A stretch of DNA of 63,599 bases, counting the filler, from Lenisia limosa (taxonomy: Eukaryota > Protista > Breviatea), in the NCBI GenBank assembly GCA_001655205.1. It is 10 parts of 10 records of this genome, joined end to end, with 100 filler letters (N's around TTAATTAATTAA, not from the genome) between each part and the next. Parts side by side here need not be neighbours in the genome. Positions count along the whole stretch, not along the records: positions 1 to 25,376 come from LPNZ01008017.1; positions 25,477 to 33,944 come from LPNZ01010113.1; positions 34,045 to 35,498 come from LPNZ01005886.1; positions 35,599 to 40,603 come from LPNZ01011283.1; 6 more parts are not named here. One strand, written 5' to 3'. Below, one piece after another: positions 24,101-36,039 of the stretch. The notes beneath the pieces were generated by a model. The model was not told where the DNA came from, made no database searches, and saw nothing but the letters and a program-made list of their open reading frames with translations. The position numbers were made by a program, and so were the translations under genes. Numbering within the stretch: position 1 is the first letter of the stretch; the number at the start of each line of letters is the position of its first letter.

Positions 24101-25376
24101 ATTCCCATTTTTCTTACCCCTCCCCCAGGTGTGGCAGATCATTGGAGGCACTGTGGCTCTTGTCATTGTCATTGGACTATTTCTGATCTTTCTTCTTCTC
24201 AAACAGCTCAAGAGCAAGGTTTGTGTTCAATCTGGGTCCACTAAACCGGGGTTGCCGTTTGACACTATTATCAGAAGAATACTCGAGGGAACAGCTTTCC
24301 TTGTTTCACTATTTATCCACTCACCACCCCAGGTCACACATCTGCAAGATGTCTGTACCGAGCTCCAAGATCGGCTTTCAACTAAAACTAACAAGTCAGC
24401 TGGGCTATCCCATTTCTGTACATATCATATGTTGCATTTACTGTACTCACCTTGTAGGGGTAGCATGGACATGAGTACCCCGGTTTCCAGAGCGGTCATG
24501 GATCTCAACAAATTAGGACACCAGTAGGCGGATTTAGTAGTGGAACGCAAGGAATTAATTATCAAGCTTTAAATCACATAATGAGCCCATGAGTACATAT
24601 TCCATTCTTTCTTATTGCTACTTTTGTAACTGAAAGCAGATATTCATTTATACTCACCCCTCGCCCCAGGTTGAACATTCCCGAGCTGAAAGTCATTGCT
24701 GAGCAACTGCAGTCTGTTCGTGATGTTGATAGGTTTAATTTCGAGGACCAAGTGACTGGGGGTGCTTTTTCTGATGATTTGATTTCAATCAGCTAAAATG
24801 TGACATTTTAGGTGCGCCAACAGTCTCTGAATCCAGATACCCAGGAGTATTTGCTTTCTACCTTTTCAAAGGAAAAAGACAAGGAGATTAGAGGTGGGTT
24901 AACGTATTAGATGAGGTACTTCAGTTTCTATTTTTACTCTTTTCAAAATACTGGAACTTACCCCTGTGTCTAAAACCTCTCCATCCTCACTCCGCAGTTA
25001 GATTCTCCTCTGAAGCACCAGATACCGAGTCCTTCACTAACCTGTGAGCTTTGGCGAGTTTCAGCTCTTTTGGCGTTCACTTTACCAGCAAACAGCTCCT
25101 ATTATTTTGTTTTGGAGCATGCTCACACCAACCAAACATAACCCACCACAGTTCGGATGAATTCGGCGAGCCGCCAACTATTGATGGCATGTTGGCCAGC
25201 TTAGGCACATCAGCATTTAACCCCTTCACTTTCTCCAGGGCCATAAACAATGGTATGTTGTTGTTACTGTCGACTGAAGTGCCTTTGTGCTCTTTTCACG
25301 TTTTAGGCAAGATTTTGATTCACATTGTGCCACATGCACTGAGTGAACTTGGTCTTTTCGACAGTCTGTCAATTCC
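21169..25376 (+). CDS. Two-TM receptor-like protein: TM, Cache-like extracellular domain, TM, coiled linker, probable start of a class I cyclic-nucleotide phosphodiesterase domain (truncated at contig end)
   Basis: TM1 FLGCIGMGIFTILFMVVTMIFYLMIV, roughly 300 aa of predicted ectodomain (partly masked) ending GLNWMIVTLAP, TM2 WQIIGGTVALVIVIGLFLIFLLL, then SLNPDTQEYLLSTFS and LASLGTSAFNPFTFSRAINNG, which resemble pre-catalytic PDE segments. The HD motif is not visible. Confidence 0.6.
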
Positions 25377-25476
25377 NNNNNNNNNNNNNNNNNNNNNNNN
25401 NNNNNNNNNNNNNNNNNNNNTTAATTAATTAANNNNNNNNNNNNNNNNNNNNNNNNNNNNNNNNNNNNNNNNNNNN
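25377..25476. other. Artificial contig-joining spacer (44N-TTAATTAATTAA-44N)
   Basis: Identical 100-bp spacer with stops in all six frames. It recurs at 33945-34044, 35499-35598, 40604-40703, 44780-44879, 45975-46074, 49338-49437, 51561-51660 and 58474-58573. Confidence 0.97.
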
Positions 25477-25899
25477 TATCATATATACTATAGTATATAT
25501 ATATTATGTGTATATCAAGACTTATCGCGTTCAGTGTAGCTGACTGTAAACAAAAAGCCACCTCACGTCATTTTGATTATGCAGGGATTTCTGTGGAAGT
25601 GACGTCACGAGTGCGCCACTTCGACTCAGTTACCGCCAATATTGTTATTACGGTGTGTTGACAGTTGTAAGGGTGTACAATAACATATATAATATATCAT
25701 ATCATATTATTATTATATTTTCTAATGCTCATTGATTTTTTATATTTTGCTACAGGATATGATATGGTTATCATATTATGCCAGAGATTCAAAATATGCA
25801 CTCACTTCTTGATATAATTCAAGAAGGTTTTTTTCGATAGCTCTGGTAAATATGATATAGTCCTGCTGAAACCATTGATAAACTCACCACCCAGGGCTC

Positions 25900-28800
25900 A
25901 TGCCCACTCGGTTCGGAACTTTTGGTTCCGTCTCTCAGTGTGGTCTGTGATCTATCAACTGGGTGGGTCAACCCTCCTACTTGTGAAAAAAGTGAGCGGA
26001 GGAAATGTATCATATCACGTTTTGAATTATTTTCACAGGTGTGAACTATCATTTTCCACTCAGTGATATTTTGTAGTTCTATGTCCCAACTACTTCAAAG
26101 ATAATTGGTCTTCAACAAACTGCACTCTTGGTAAGCCATATCCAATAATGGATGGGGTGGACGGATGGGGTGGACGACTTTGACCACTACAATCCAAATT
26201 ATTTGAGGTTGTGGACGGCTTCAGTCAGATGCCACCTTGTTTTCTTTTTCATCTCTACATATAACTCTGTATATGGCATTCAATATGCTTCTTCAGCATA
26301 CCCACAATAATTAAATAGTAATGCCGACAAGGACGAGATAATAGAAGCCACACGGATTAGGTCTTCACATTCCAGGCCAGACGTCTGAGTATGGAGCCGT
26401 TTGTGCAGTGGAGTGCTCAGATCCGGCTTCCACAGCTTCTGGTGGGTATATTGGGTGTGGAATTTATTGGAATTTATTGGGTACGGGTTTTTTTTGAGGT
26501 GTTTTTTTTGAGTTTGGGTTTTGTGTTCATTGGATGTGGGCTTTATTGTGTTTGNNNNNNNNNNNNNNNNNNNNNNNNNNNNNNNNNNNNNNNNNNNNNN
26601 NNNNNNNNNNNNNNNNNNNNNNNNNNNNNCAAAACTGCATTGATTGATATTTTTTGGGAGCTTTATTGGAATTATTTATTCTATTTTTCTTTTAAGCAGT
26701 GACGACAGAAATAACAATTATTATGAGACGAATAACAAAGAAGGAGGCCACTATCTTAGTTGTGATCAGGGTGTGATAGAATAGCGTCTGTGACGATTAA
26801 TATCTCAGGTGACGCAGTGGCGTTTTGCAATGAGCACGGCGAGTGGTCTTCTTCATTCCAGTGCAGTTAGGGGGGATCTGAATCAGAACTGCAACCTTTC
26901 ATTTGAGACATTGAATGTAGAATCATTTTTGAATATTTTTATTAATTCCTATTAAAGATTATCATACGAGAAAAGAGTATTCTGATCTGACTTAATGAGT
27001 AATAATGGGCATCAATTTGTGTGGACGGTTCAGGTCAGAGAATAACTTGTTTTATTTCCCATTGCTATACATCATTTTGCCTTTCACTTTACACCTATCC
27101 CATTTTTTTTGTCTGAAAATGATAATAGCGACTATCCCCCCTTCCTTCCAACCACTTTCCAGGTTCCACCGTTCACACATGCGGTATCGCGTCAGAGTAT
27201 TACAACATGGGATATGTAGGTCGGGGTCACCTTGTATCTACGATGATGAGATCTCTAAGATCTAAGATCGATCATTAAAAGCACTCTCTGACACTTTTCA
27301 GCCAGCCGACAACACTCTGAGTAAAATTGATGGGGCAACCTTTGACCTGACCGCTGTTTTCGGCGATGACGTCATGATGTCACGGGCCTGGGCCTATGGA
27401 AACATGGTCATTAAAAACGGTTTGTAGAGAAAAGCCATATTTGTATGTATGTACATGTATATGTGAAATGGTAGTTTCCATTGAGAATATTATCTCTGGG
27501 AGTTTCGGGAAATTAAAACGGTTAATGTTAAGTATGACAACTAGATTACAATGAAATTAATACCGTTCTTTGTTTTTAATTGAAAATCGGATGAAGTTGA
27601 TATGAAGAATGTCATAAGATATCTTGTTCTAGGGTCACATAATTCTCTAATTCTGTCATTTCATCTAGTTTCTAAAATCTCATTTCCACTTTTTCACACT
27701 TAACCTTATTAATTAGATGGAACTCTTGCTGGAAGCGGTCGGAATAATCAGCAGCAAATTGCGGGCAAATCTTGTGGGTTGGGGGATATGGTTAAGTAAG
27801 GCTTTAACCAAAAAGCCCTTCTCAAGGCCAGCCCCAGTGGTGGTGGTTCCGCCTGTTGGGGGTAAAGTGTTGGAGAGAGGGTAGAGGAGCGGTGAAGAAG
27901 GATGGTTATGCTGCCAAATAGTTAATTCCAAATGTTCACGGTTTGCAAGTTGACAATTGTACTACTGTTTCTTCCTCCCTTTACAAGACCAGCTACGACT
28001 GCTGCCCCCTCCCCCGTTATGGACACTACGCTTGTTGGTAAGACCATTACAACGTTCCAAGTTGGAGAGTATTTCTCCGGAGTCCTAGGTGGGCAATCAA
28101 AAAAACTTAATCCAGCTTTTCCACTCTCAATAGTGTGGATTTACTTTCAAATCTCCGATAGCGATGTTATTTTCAATTATAAATAGGTTAACGATTTTAA
28201 CGATAATAATAATTGTAACGATATTAAGGGTGGTGATCCAATATGTATCCTATTTAGATAGAAGTTGGTGCAATTAATTTTTTCTGAAATTTATTTTTAT
28301 TGAAAAAATTTATTTCAATTATTGTTTCTGAACCAATAATTTCTTGAAATGAATTGCGAATTAATTTAAATTTAATTGTCAATTACTTTTCCTAATCATA
28401 TTAGGATAAAAGTTCTATTGGAATATTCCAGAACAAATAAACTAAATCCAGAAACTTCTAGAATATCGGGGTTTCCGAGTTGGAAAAAAATAAGATAAAA
28501 GATCCGTGTTTTTACCTGGGCACAAGGTTCAGTAAATGATTGTATTAACTATGAATTAATTTAGCGCCACGCTCGCGCAATTTTTTTTCAGTTTATGCTC
28601 TCATTTTTCTCATATGTCCTTTTTTACGAGTTAAATTGTTGAAGTTGGAACGTAGCATGAAAAAGGAAAAAGAGAGTCACAGAAAATTGAATTAACGACA
28701 TAATTTAGGACCTCGAGCATATAGTATATAATATTATATATACATACATAGTATATCATAATATATTGGATGACCTCCCTAACGATAGTAACAATATTTT

Positions 28801-31620
28801 CTATTCTCACGATTGTAACGATTTACGATGTAGCGGAAGGTGTGGCGTACTTGTGGGGAGAAGCCCAGTACGGCCAGCTGATCAACGGTTTGACCGATCC
28901 CATCAACATCCCTACTGCGGTAAGCTACCTATCATTATGATAAGCTACATAAGAGTTAATTCCCTTCTCTGTTAACTGTAATTTAAATCCCCTCTGCTGT
29001 AAGCTACATATGATATATATGTCTCCAAGCTTTTGATCTTTAGAAATGAGTAATGGCTATTTTTTGCTGTAAGAAGGGTAGAGATAATATTTCTGTTTAC
29101 TTTTCGGATGGTTGCTCTCTTTCATTCTTCCCAGTTTTTTTGGAAGTAGATGGAAGTTTTGTTTTCTTATATTTTCATTAGGTTTTAGCTGAATTATTTC
29201 CTTCATAAATTTTTTACCCAGCAGGTTTCTGTTGGTGGCCTAGTTGACTACATGGGTGTCGCGGAATACGCCTCAATAGTTCGAAATGGTGTGGTGAGGA
29301 ATCCATGTATTTTTTTAGAAATGATTTGAAAATAAACTGTAAAACTGGCAACACAAGACAAGAATGATAAGAAGAAGGGAAACTCGGTATCATATACTAT
29401 AGTATAATATCATAAAAAAAAATAATATATTTATATAAAAAAATATATATACTATATACACAAAGTCTTCATCAAACTGAAGTAAAGCCCCAGCATCATT
29501 ACTACCAAACAAAGACCAATAATGCATGGGTATTATGTATTATTGGTGTGTGTGTGTGTGCTGTGGTATTGTGTATGTGTGTTTTGGTGGTGGTGTGGGG
29601 GGGGGTGTTCTTTATTGTTTGTGTGATAGTATGAATTATAAGGCAAATGAATTAATAACACTTCTGCTTGTGGGATCGACTATCAAGTTGACAAAGATGT
29701 GAATATTGTTATTAGATCCTCAGATCATTCTCNNNNNNNNNNNNNNNNNNNNNNNNNNNNNNNNNNNNNNNNNNNNNNNNNNNNNNNNNNNNNNNNNNNN
29801 NNNNNNNNNNNNNNNNNNNNNTACAAAAAATTCATTTATCATATAAACCTCCGGAAAATAAAAAATCCGGCCCCCAAATCGAACTGACAATGTCTAGTGG
29901 ACGGGGTTTACTATGGCGGAGGCTTTAACCCCTCGGGGTCCCTTCCGGGTACCCTGACTTCATGCCTTCACAAGTCTGTTCTTGATATGACGTTCCCCGG
30001 AGTAGGCTTGCGAACTTTTTAACAGCCTACCATATGTGGAAGATTTTATTTGCGAACTTGACTTTTTGAGATCTTACTGTTTTAGGAGGGTTCTGTTCGT
30101 TATGCCATGGCGCATCACAAGGGAGGCTTCATCATTACAGGTGTGGAAGTAGAAATTCAATCAGTAACGCAAAACTAACAAACATGAGTTTTTTTTGATG
30201 TTCTGTACTGGTACTTCATTCTATCATACAATATTAATTTACATTTGATGTTTAGAAAGAGATAAGAAATAAAACAATTTTCCAAACTTCTTCCATTAGT
30301 TCACTTTTTAGATAAGAATGAGCTCTTCACTCGGTCAGTCACAAACACACACCATCGTGCCTACTGTCAGGCTNNNNNNNNNNNNNNNNNNNNNNNNNNN
30401 NNNNNNNNNNNNNNNNNNNNNNNNNNNNNNNNNNNNNNNNNNNNNNNNNNNNNNNNNNNNNNNNNNNNNNNNNNNNNNNNNNNNNNNNNNNNNNNNNNNN
30501 NNNNNNNNNNNNNNNNNNNNNNNNNNNNNTGTGGGGTCTGACTGAATCAGGTCACAGCGGAGTTCCAAGGAATGGTAGATTCAGTACATTGTATGAATCA
30601 AATGTGCTTCATCTACACAAGTATGCCTGGTGTATGTTTTATTTTTGCTTTTTTGGTATTTTTCACAGAAAGTTCCATGCAAAATATTGCTCCCCCCCCC
30701 CCCTNNNNNNNNNNNNNNNNNNNNNNNNNNNNNNNNNNNNNNNNNNNNNNNNNAATGTGATGAAAAAGCTCTCGTTTCTTTATTTCCTCTGGTTAACTTT
30801 GCCTAATAAAATGTTAGGATTATAGTTCTTAAGTTTTAAGCCCCAACAACCAATTTCGCACTTCACCTCTGCAGCCGAGTCACGCGTCTACATGTGTAGC
30901 AATATTGATGCTACTTTTGGCAGCCTAATTCCCGCCACTTCTACCCCAGTGAGTTTTCTGTCAATATCATCACTTTGGCATTTTTTGGAAGATTGTCTTT
31001 TTTTATGTACATAAAATGCTGTTTTGTTTTGTCATTAATAAAACCTGCGAAATATTCAGTAGCCTGTGTATGTTTCAGATTTGCTCTCAGAAAACTGGTC
31101 AAGACTTGTTACCCAGACCACCTAACAAATCACAGCTAAAACCGACTTCCTTCCCATGTATCACTTACACCATTCAGGTTGAAATCACCGCCGAACTCAA
31201 TTCGGGTTGCACCGCCGGCACCAAACGCCACCGTATTAGTGCTTCTTACGCTTCGGTTTCCTTTTATGGAAGTGAGCGTTGTGGATTGTTTATGCGAATA
31301 AATAGCTTTCGTACATACATTACATACAAGTAAATTTCGTCCTTTTTTTTTGGAAAACCCCGACGAATATAGATACCACTCCTTTTCATTTTGCTCCTCT
31401 TCCCATATGCAAAAACGTGAAAACAATTCGCATGACAAACTAGGCTGTCCCCAAGTTCTGGGTTTATCACACTACAATGGAGGTACCTGCAGTCTTACTA
31501 CTATGGAGGTGGGGGGGGNNNNNNNNNNNNNNNNNNNNNNNNNNNNNNNNNNNNNNNNNNNNNNNNNNNNNNNNNNNNNNNNNNNNNATTACTCCAGCTT
31601 TTCTTCAGACCCTTAAGTTA
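25900..31620 (+). CDS. Large multi-exon putative surface protein with Sushi/CCP-like and RCC1-like segments (may be two genes; ends uncertain)
   Basis: Exons TSEYGAVCAVECSDP and GDAVAFCNEHGEWSSSFQC (Sushi-like C...C.G.WS...C), AEGVAYLWGEAQYGQLINGLTDPINIPT (RCC1-like WG..YGQL), and further in-frame exons to ~31260. Confidence 0.45.
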
Positions 31621-33618
31621 TTACTCCGGCTCTTCTATACTCCCATATTTCAATGGATTTTCGGTTACCCATTCACTGCACCTATATTACTGTGGCTTCC
31701 CGATGTCTGATATTAATTTGGCTCTTCTTTATGCCCATCATACATGTATCCCCTGGGGTTATTTTATGCCACCATACAAAGGCTTCTGTACCCATAATTT
31801 GATCACAGCTGTTACCTATTGCCTCTCTTCCCGACACCTATCGATTCGTCTCATCAGGCAACAAACACGTCCTTGCTCAAAAGTAGCCCGGTTTAAGTTC
31901 TTGTTTTTTGTTTTTTTCTATTCATTATTATATATTAGATAACTCTGTGAGTGTTGAGTTTGGAAGGCTTCATTCATTATTACACGAGATAAGAACAAGT
32001 GGTGGTCTTACCCTGTCAAAAATGTGACCGCATTACCCTGTCAAAAATTTTAAACTCCATTCATGATGTGGAAATGAGATAACGTAACCCTATCAACAGA
32101 CAAAAAAAAAGACAACTTTCTCATGTGGTTATCAGCTTTAAGCGAGCCAACATAAGTTTCGTTGACGTCTATTTGAAGTGGTCATACATGCTCTTACAAT
32201 GTGTTGATTGAATTCCAACATATCACGATTTCGATTTATCTGAGGTTTATACGAGCCAATCTGGGATGGCATCCTGCTTATCTTAAAATTTTGCAAGGTA
32301 TTCACAAGCTATTGACATGTGATATATATACATTATGTAACGAATCCTCAATTTCATGGATACAAATTTTACATCAACCTCTTCCAGTCAGCACACTGTT
32401 CAGTCAGCACACTGTGATCAAAAACAAAAGAAAGAAAAGAAGGAAACCACACAGAAAAATAATAAAAAAGAAAAAAAAAAACAACACAATTCACGACTCA
32501 ACTAAGGATAATCCTAATCTCGTATTACCCGGGGACACCCGCTTATTTTGACGACTACCGCGTCACAATCGGTTCCGGCGCTGGCTCGGGCATAGTCCAA
32601 GGAATCAAAAGGAATATGGCATGGGCAATCTACAAGAGGTTAAAACAGTAAAAAGATACAACTGTTAGAGATGAGAGGATCAATAAGAAATTTTGGCCTT
32701 GATAGGACGTAGGGACACAAACCAAACTCAAGGCAATACAATCGAATTCCCACAATATCTCAAAAAACTGCTTTCAGCCACATACCCTCAACATACTGCT
32801 GTAAACCGGCCCCCTTCCCCCGCATACGCGAGTCACAATCCGGATCCATAACGAGAAAAGATGACCCCGAGGTGCCCATAAGAACAACAAAGTGACCGGA
32901 GTACTCTGGAATATGAGGGGTTAGCATAAACATTTAAACGAAACTGATTGTGATAAGTCTTTACCGATTGGAACTACCAAAGGAAAATCGGTCAAGGCTT
33001 GCAAAGTCACTGTATTATATCATAAGTAATTTAATCGCGCTTTGCAGAATTACTACATATGCATTCTATCTGAAAAAAAATAAATAAAAAACGTGTGCGG
33101 CGGGGGGGGGGGNNNNNNNNNNNNNNNNNNNNNNNNNNNNNNNNNNNNNNNNNNNNNNNNNNNNNNNNNNNNNNNNNNNNNGGGAACTGGAGGCTTTGAC
33201 GGTTCCCTAAAAGGGTAAGATAAAGAGAGATGAGAAAAATAAAATAATAATCAATAATAATAATAAAAAAAAAGGTGTGGAGTCGAAACCGTAGATAGTA
33301 AATAACAGCAGATAGTGTCAATAATGTTATCAAGATAAAAAAGAAACATAGTTTCAGTTAAATCAAAAGAGAAGTGGAAATCACTGCGAAAAATCTGGGT
33401 GTGGAGTTTGATGGAATATATGAATACTGATGGTTTGAAACAGGCCTTTCATATGCATTTTTACACATTTACTTAGTGAACACAATGCGCATGAATAAGA
33501 ACCCCACTAGCAGCGGAATTCTGTCTTGACAATATAAGAGTAGTGTGTACTAAAAAATTCACCAAAATTGAAGTTGACGCCTCACTCCCGTTCTCCTTCT
33601 CAATCAGAAGACAATTAG

Positions 33619-33890
33619 AGAAGAATCCGGCACCTAATGGATGGCAGGTTAGTAAGCGATATTGTTGATATCTTAATATCTTCTAGACATGTGACACCTT
33701 TCTGGATTACATTGGGACGTATTACATCCCAGCTGTGGAGGCTCACCGCAAGGCTCTTGGTCTTCCTCCAACTGCTCGTGCTCTCCTTATTACTCATGGA
33801 CACTCATCTCGATACTCAGCTGTTGCCTCAGGGGGCCACAGACCTGGGGATTTTGAAGATCCCCAGATCTCTGACAGATCTCTCACAGAT
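33619..33890 (+). mobile_element. Decayed pogo/Tigger-type (DDE_1) transposase fragment containing a spliceosomal intron
   Basis: NPAPNGWQ|(GT-AG intron 33648-33686)|TCDTFLDYIGTYYIPAVEAHRKALGLPPTARALLITHGHSSR matches the DDE_1 pattern NGWM..e.F..w....f.p...LLilDGH.SH, with the acidic residue replaced by H. The frame then runs into an 11-bp tandem repeat (CAGATCTCTGA) and a stop. Confidence 0.7.
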
Positions 33891-34044
33891 CTCTGACAGA
33901 TCTCTGAGAGATTTTGCTGGAGATTTGTACCAGTAGATGTTGTGNNNNNNNNNNNNNNNNNNNNNNNNNNNNNNNNNNNNNNNNNNNNTTAATTAATTAA
34001 NNNNNNNNNNNNNNNNNNNNNNNNNNNNNNNNNNNNNNNNNNNN

Positions 34045-35460
34045 GAAATTCCCCCTTACATCTCGCTCGGACTTGAGGTAGAGCAAATCGAAGTGCAGAC
34101 CAATGGCCGTTGCCATGCATACCAGCAGAATAAAAACGAGGTTGATGGAAGTCTACAAAGTGATTTCGTTTGAAAATCAATCCAGCCACCCAAAATAATG
34201 GCCACAAAGCCAACCACTTCCTTATTTTCAGATATCATGTGTACTAAGAAATATTATAGGTATGTATGTATAGTATATAGTATAGTATATATAATATAAT
34301 TTTTTCTACATATCTTCGAACTAAAATTCAAAACAAAGATCTAGACGAGAGTATGAGGGGTTTACTTCATGAAAATCATGAAATAATTACATAATATGAT
34401 ATATAGCAATGTCATATAAAAAAAAGGTTGTATCTGGCTGAAGCCGTCCACTCCATCACGCTTATAAGAGATATTGGATTATAGTTTTATTTTAATTCAC
34501 CCAATCATATGCCTTACAACTCGGAGTATACATATCGACATACTCTCTACATTAAACAGATACCACCGTTGTGCTTACGTGGTAAGGGAGGGTTTTGTCA
34601 AAGGAAATGGTGACACCCTCTACGTTTTTTGCATTCAGCTTTCTGCGTGCCTCCATCATACCCAACTCTTACCCCCCTTACCCGAAGCCTGTTGCAGAAG
34701 ATTGGCCTCAAGAATCTGATCTTTGAGATCTGAAACAGCGACAGCGTTACCCGGGCCGACCGGAGCATCTATCATAATATCCTCGGATGGGATGGCCTGG
34801 AGGGAGTAAATTGGAAAATTTATGAAATATAAAAAAAAAGCCCAAAATCAACTCTTGTTGGCTAACAACACACGAGGGTTAATAACAACAAAACAAANNN
34901 NNNNNNNNNNNNNNNNNNNNNNNNNNNNNNNNNNNNNNNNNNNNNNNNNNNNNNNNCAACTCTTTTGGCTTTATATTGAACAAACGCCTGATGGTGACCC
35001 CCCCACCAAGGTTTCAAGTGGGGGTTCCTTCATGTCATTAACGAGGTGGTCGACTCCAGGGTAGGGGTGAGTTCCGTAGGCCCTGGAGGGGAGGGGGAAT
35101 TACACCAGGACGTTCACTCGCCTCATTGCGATAGATTTCATTGAAACTGTACGCTAAATTGCGACGCAGAAAAACGGTATTGTTCTTTCAAAAAAATGGA
35201 TCTGTCAAAACTGTCAACATTTTGAACTAATCATACAGGGTTTACGTGGAATGAAGAAATATACAGTGAGCACCGATTTTCCTTGGGACATCACATAGCA
35301 AATCGGTCAAGACTTATCCCGGTCACTGTATATCACATAGCAAATCGGTCAAAACTTATCCCGGTCACTGTATGAAGGACCCCCTCCCTACATGTCTTCC
35401 ACAACGATGTTCCTGAGGGTGTGCGGATCAGTATATTCTTCATGGTTTTCTGACTCTTTC
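34045..35460 (-). CDS. Hypothetical multi-exon protein (partial, contig 3)
   Basis: In-frame splice DHLVNDMKEPPLETL|AIPSEDIMIDAPVGPGNAVAVSDLKDQILEANLLQQAS|EGVTISFDKTLPYH. Confidence 0.5.
34797..35006 (-). mobile_element. Intron carrying the repeated introner-like sequence (family I)
   Basis: Phase-0 GT(GGGGGG)...TTACTCCCTCCAG intron with core AACCCTCGTGTGTTGTTAGCCAACAAGAGTTGATTTTGGGCTTTTT. Other copies at ~40450-40545, 44880-44944, 46532-46660, 58574-58662, 60462-60559 and 63359-63430. Confidence 0.7.
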
Positions 35461-35826
35461 CTCTCCAGTGGAGGGCTCTGCGGGGTGGGGGGGGGGGGNN
35501 NNNNNNNNNNNNNNNNNNNNNNNNNNNNNNNNNNNNNNNNNNTTAATTAATTAANNNNNNNNNNNNNNNNNNNNNNNNNNNNNNNNNNNNNNNNNNNNAA
35601 TTATCAAAATATTACATAGTACTCTCATATCATATAGTGTCAAGATGATCATCCCATCACCTTACGTTCATATCATATAGACGTAGAAATTGAACATACA
35701 TATGATATACATTATATATTTATACAGTGTCCAGGATAAGTGTTGACTGATGTTTCTTGGGAAATCATAAAGCAAATCGGTCAAGACTTTTCCAGGTCAC
35801 AGTATGTATGTACAATAAAGTATCAT

Positions 35827-35926
35827 TAGGGCTTCACTTCGGTTCGAAAAAAGACTAAATATCTCAATAAATCTTCTAAAACTATCGATAATTTACCGAT
35901 ATTTTTTGAACCGAAGTGAAGCCCTA
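35827..35926. mobile_element. MITE family C (hAT-like): TIR TAGGGCTTCACTTCGGTTC...GAACCGAAGTGAAGCCCTA, ~100 bp
   Basis: Near-perfect terminal inverted repeat with flanking 8-mers AGTATCAT/AGAATAAT. Other copies at 37414-37513, 40759-40878, 41181-41267, 48472-48548, 49701-49788 and 61990-62076. Confidence 0.85.
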
Positions 35927-36039
35927 AGAATAATACAATGAAAGTCACCCCCCACCCGCTTATAAGAGACATTGGATTAGAGCATAATATGTACTCTATA
36001 ACATATCATAGGTATAATACAATGGTTATTAATCCCCCC

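Noticed and set aside
25421-25432. TTAATTAATTAA as a conserved biological motif or PacI site
   Set aside because: Always centred in an exact 44N+12+44N block, nine times. It is a six-frame-stop concatenation linker.
35827-35926. TAGGG/CCCTA termini as telomeric repeats (Giardia-type TAGGG)
   Set aside because: Single inverted copies bounding a TIR element with 8-bp TSDs, not tandem arrays.
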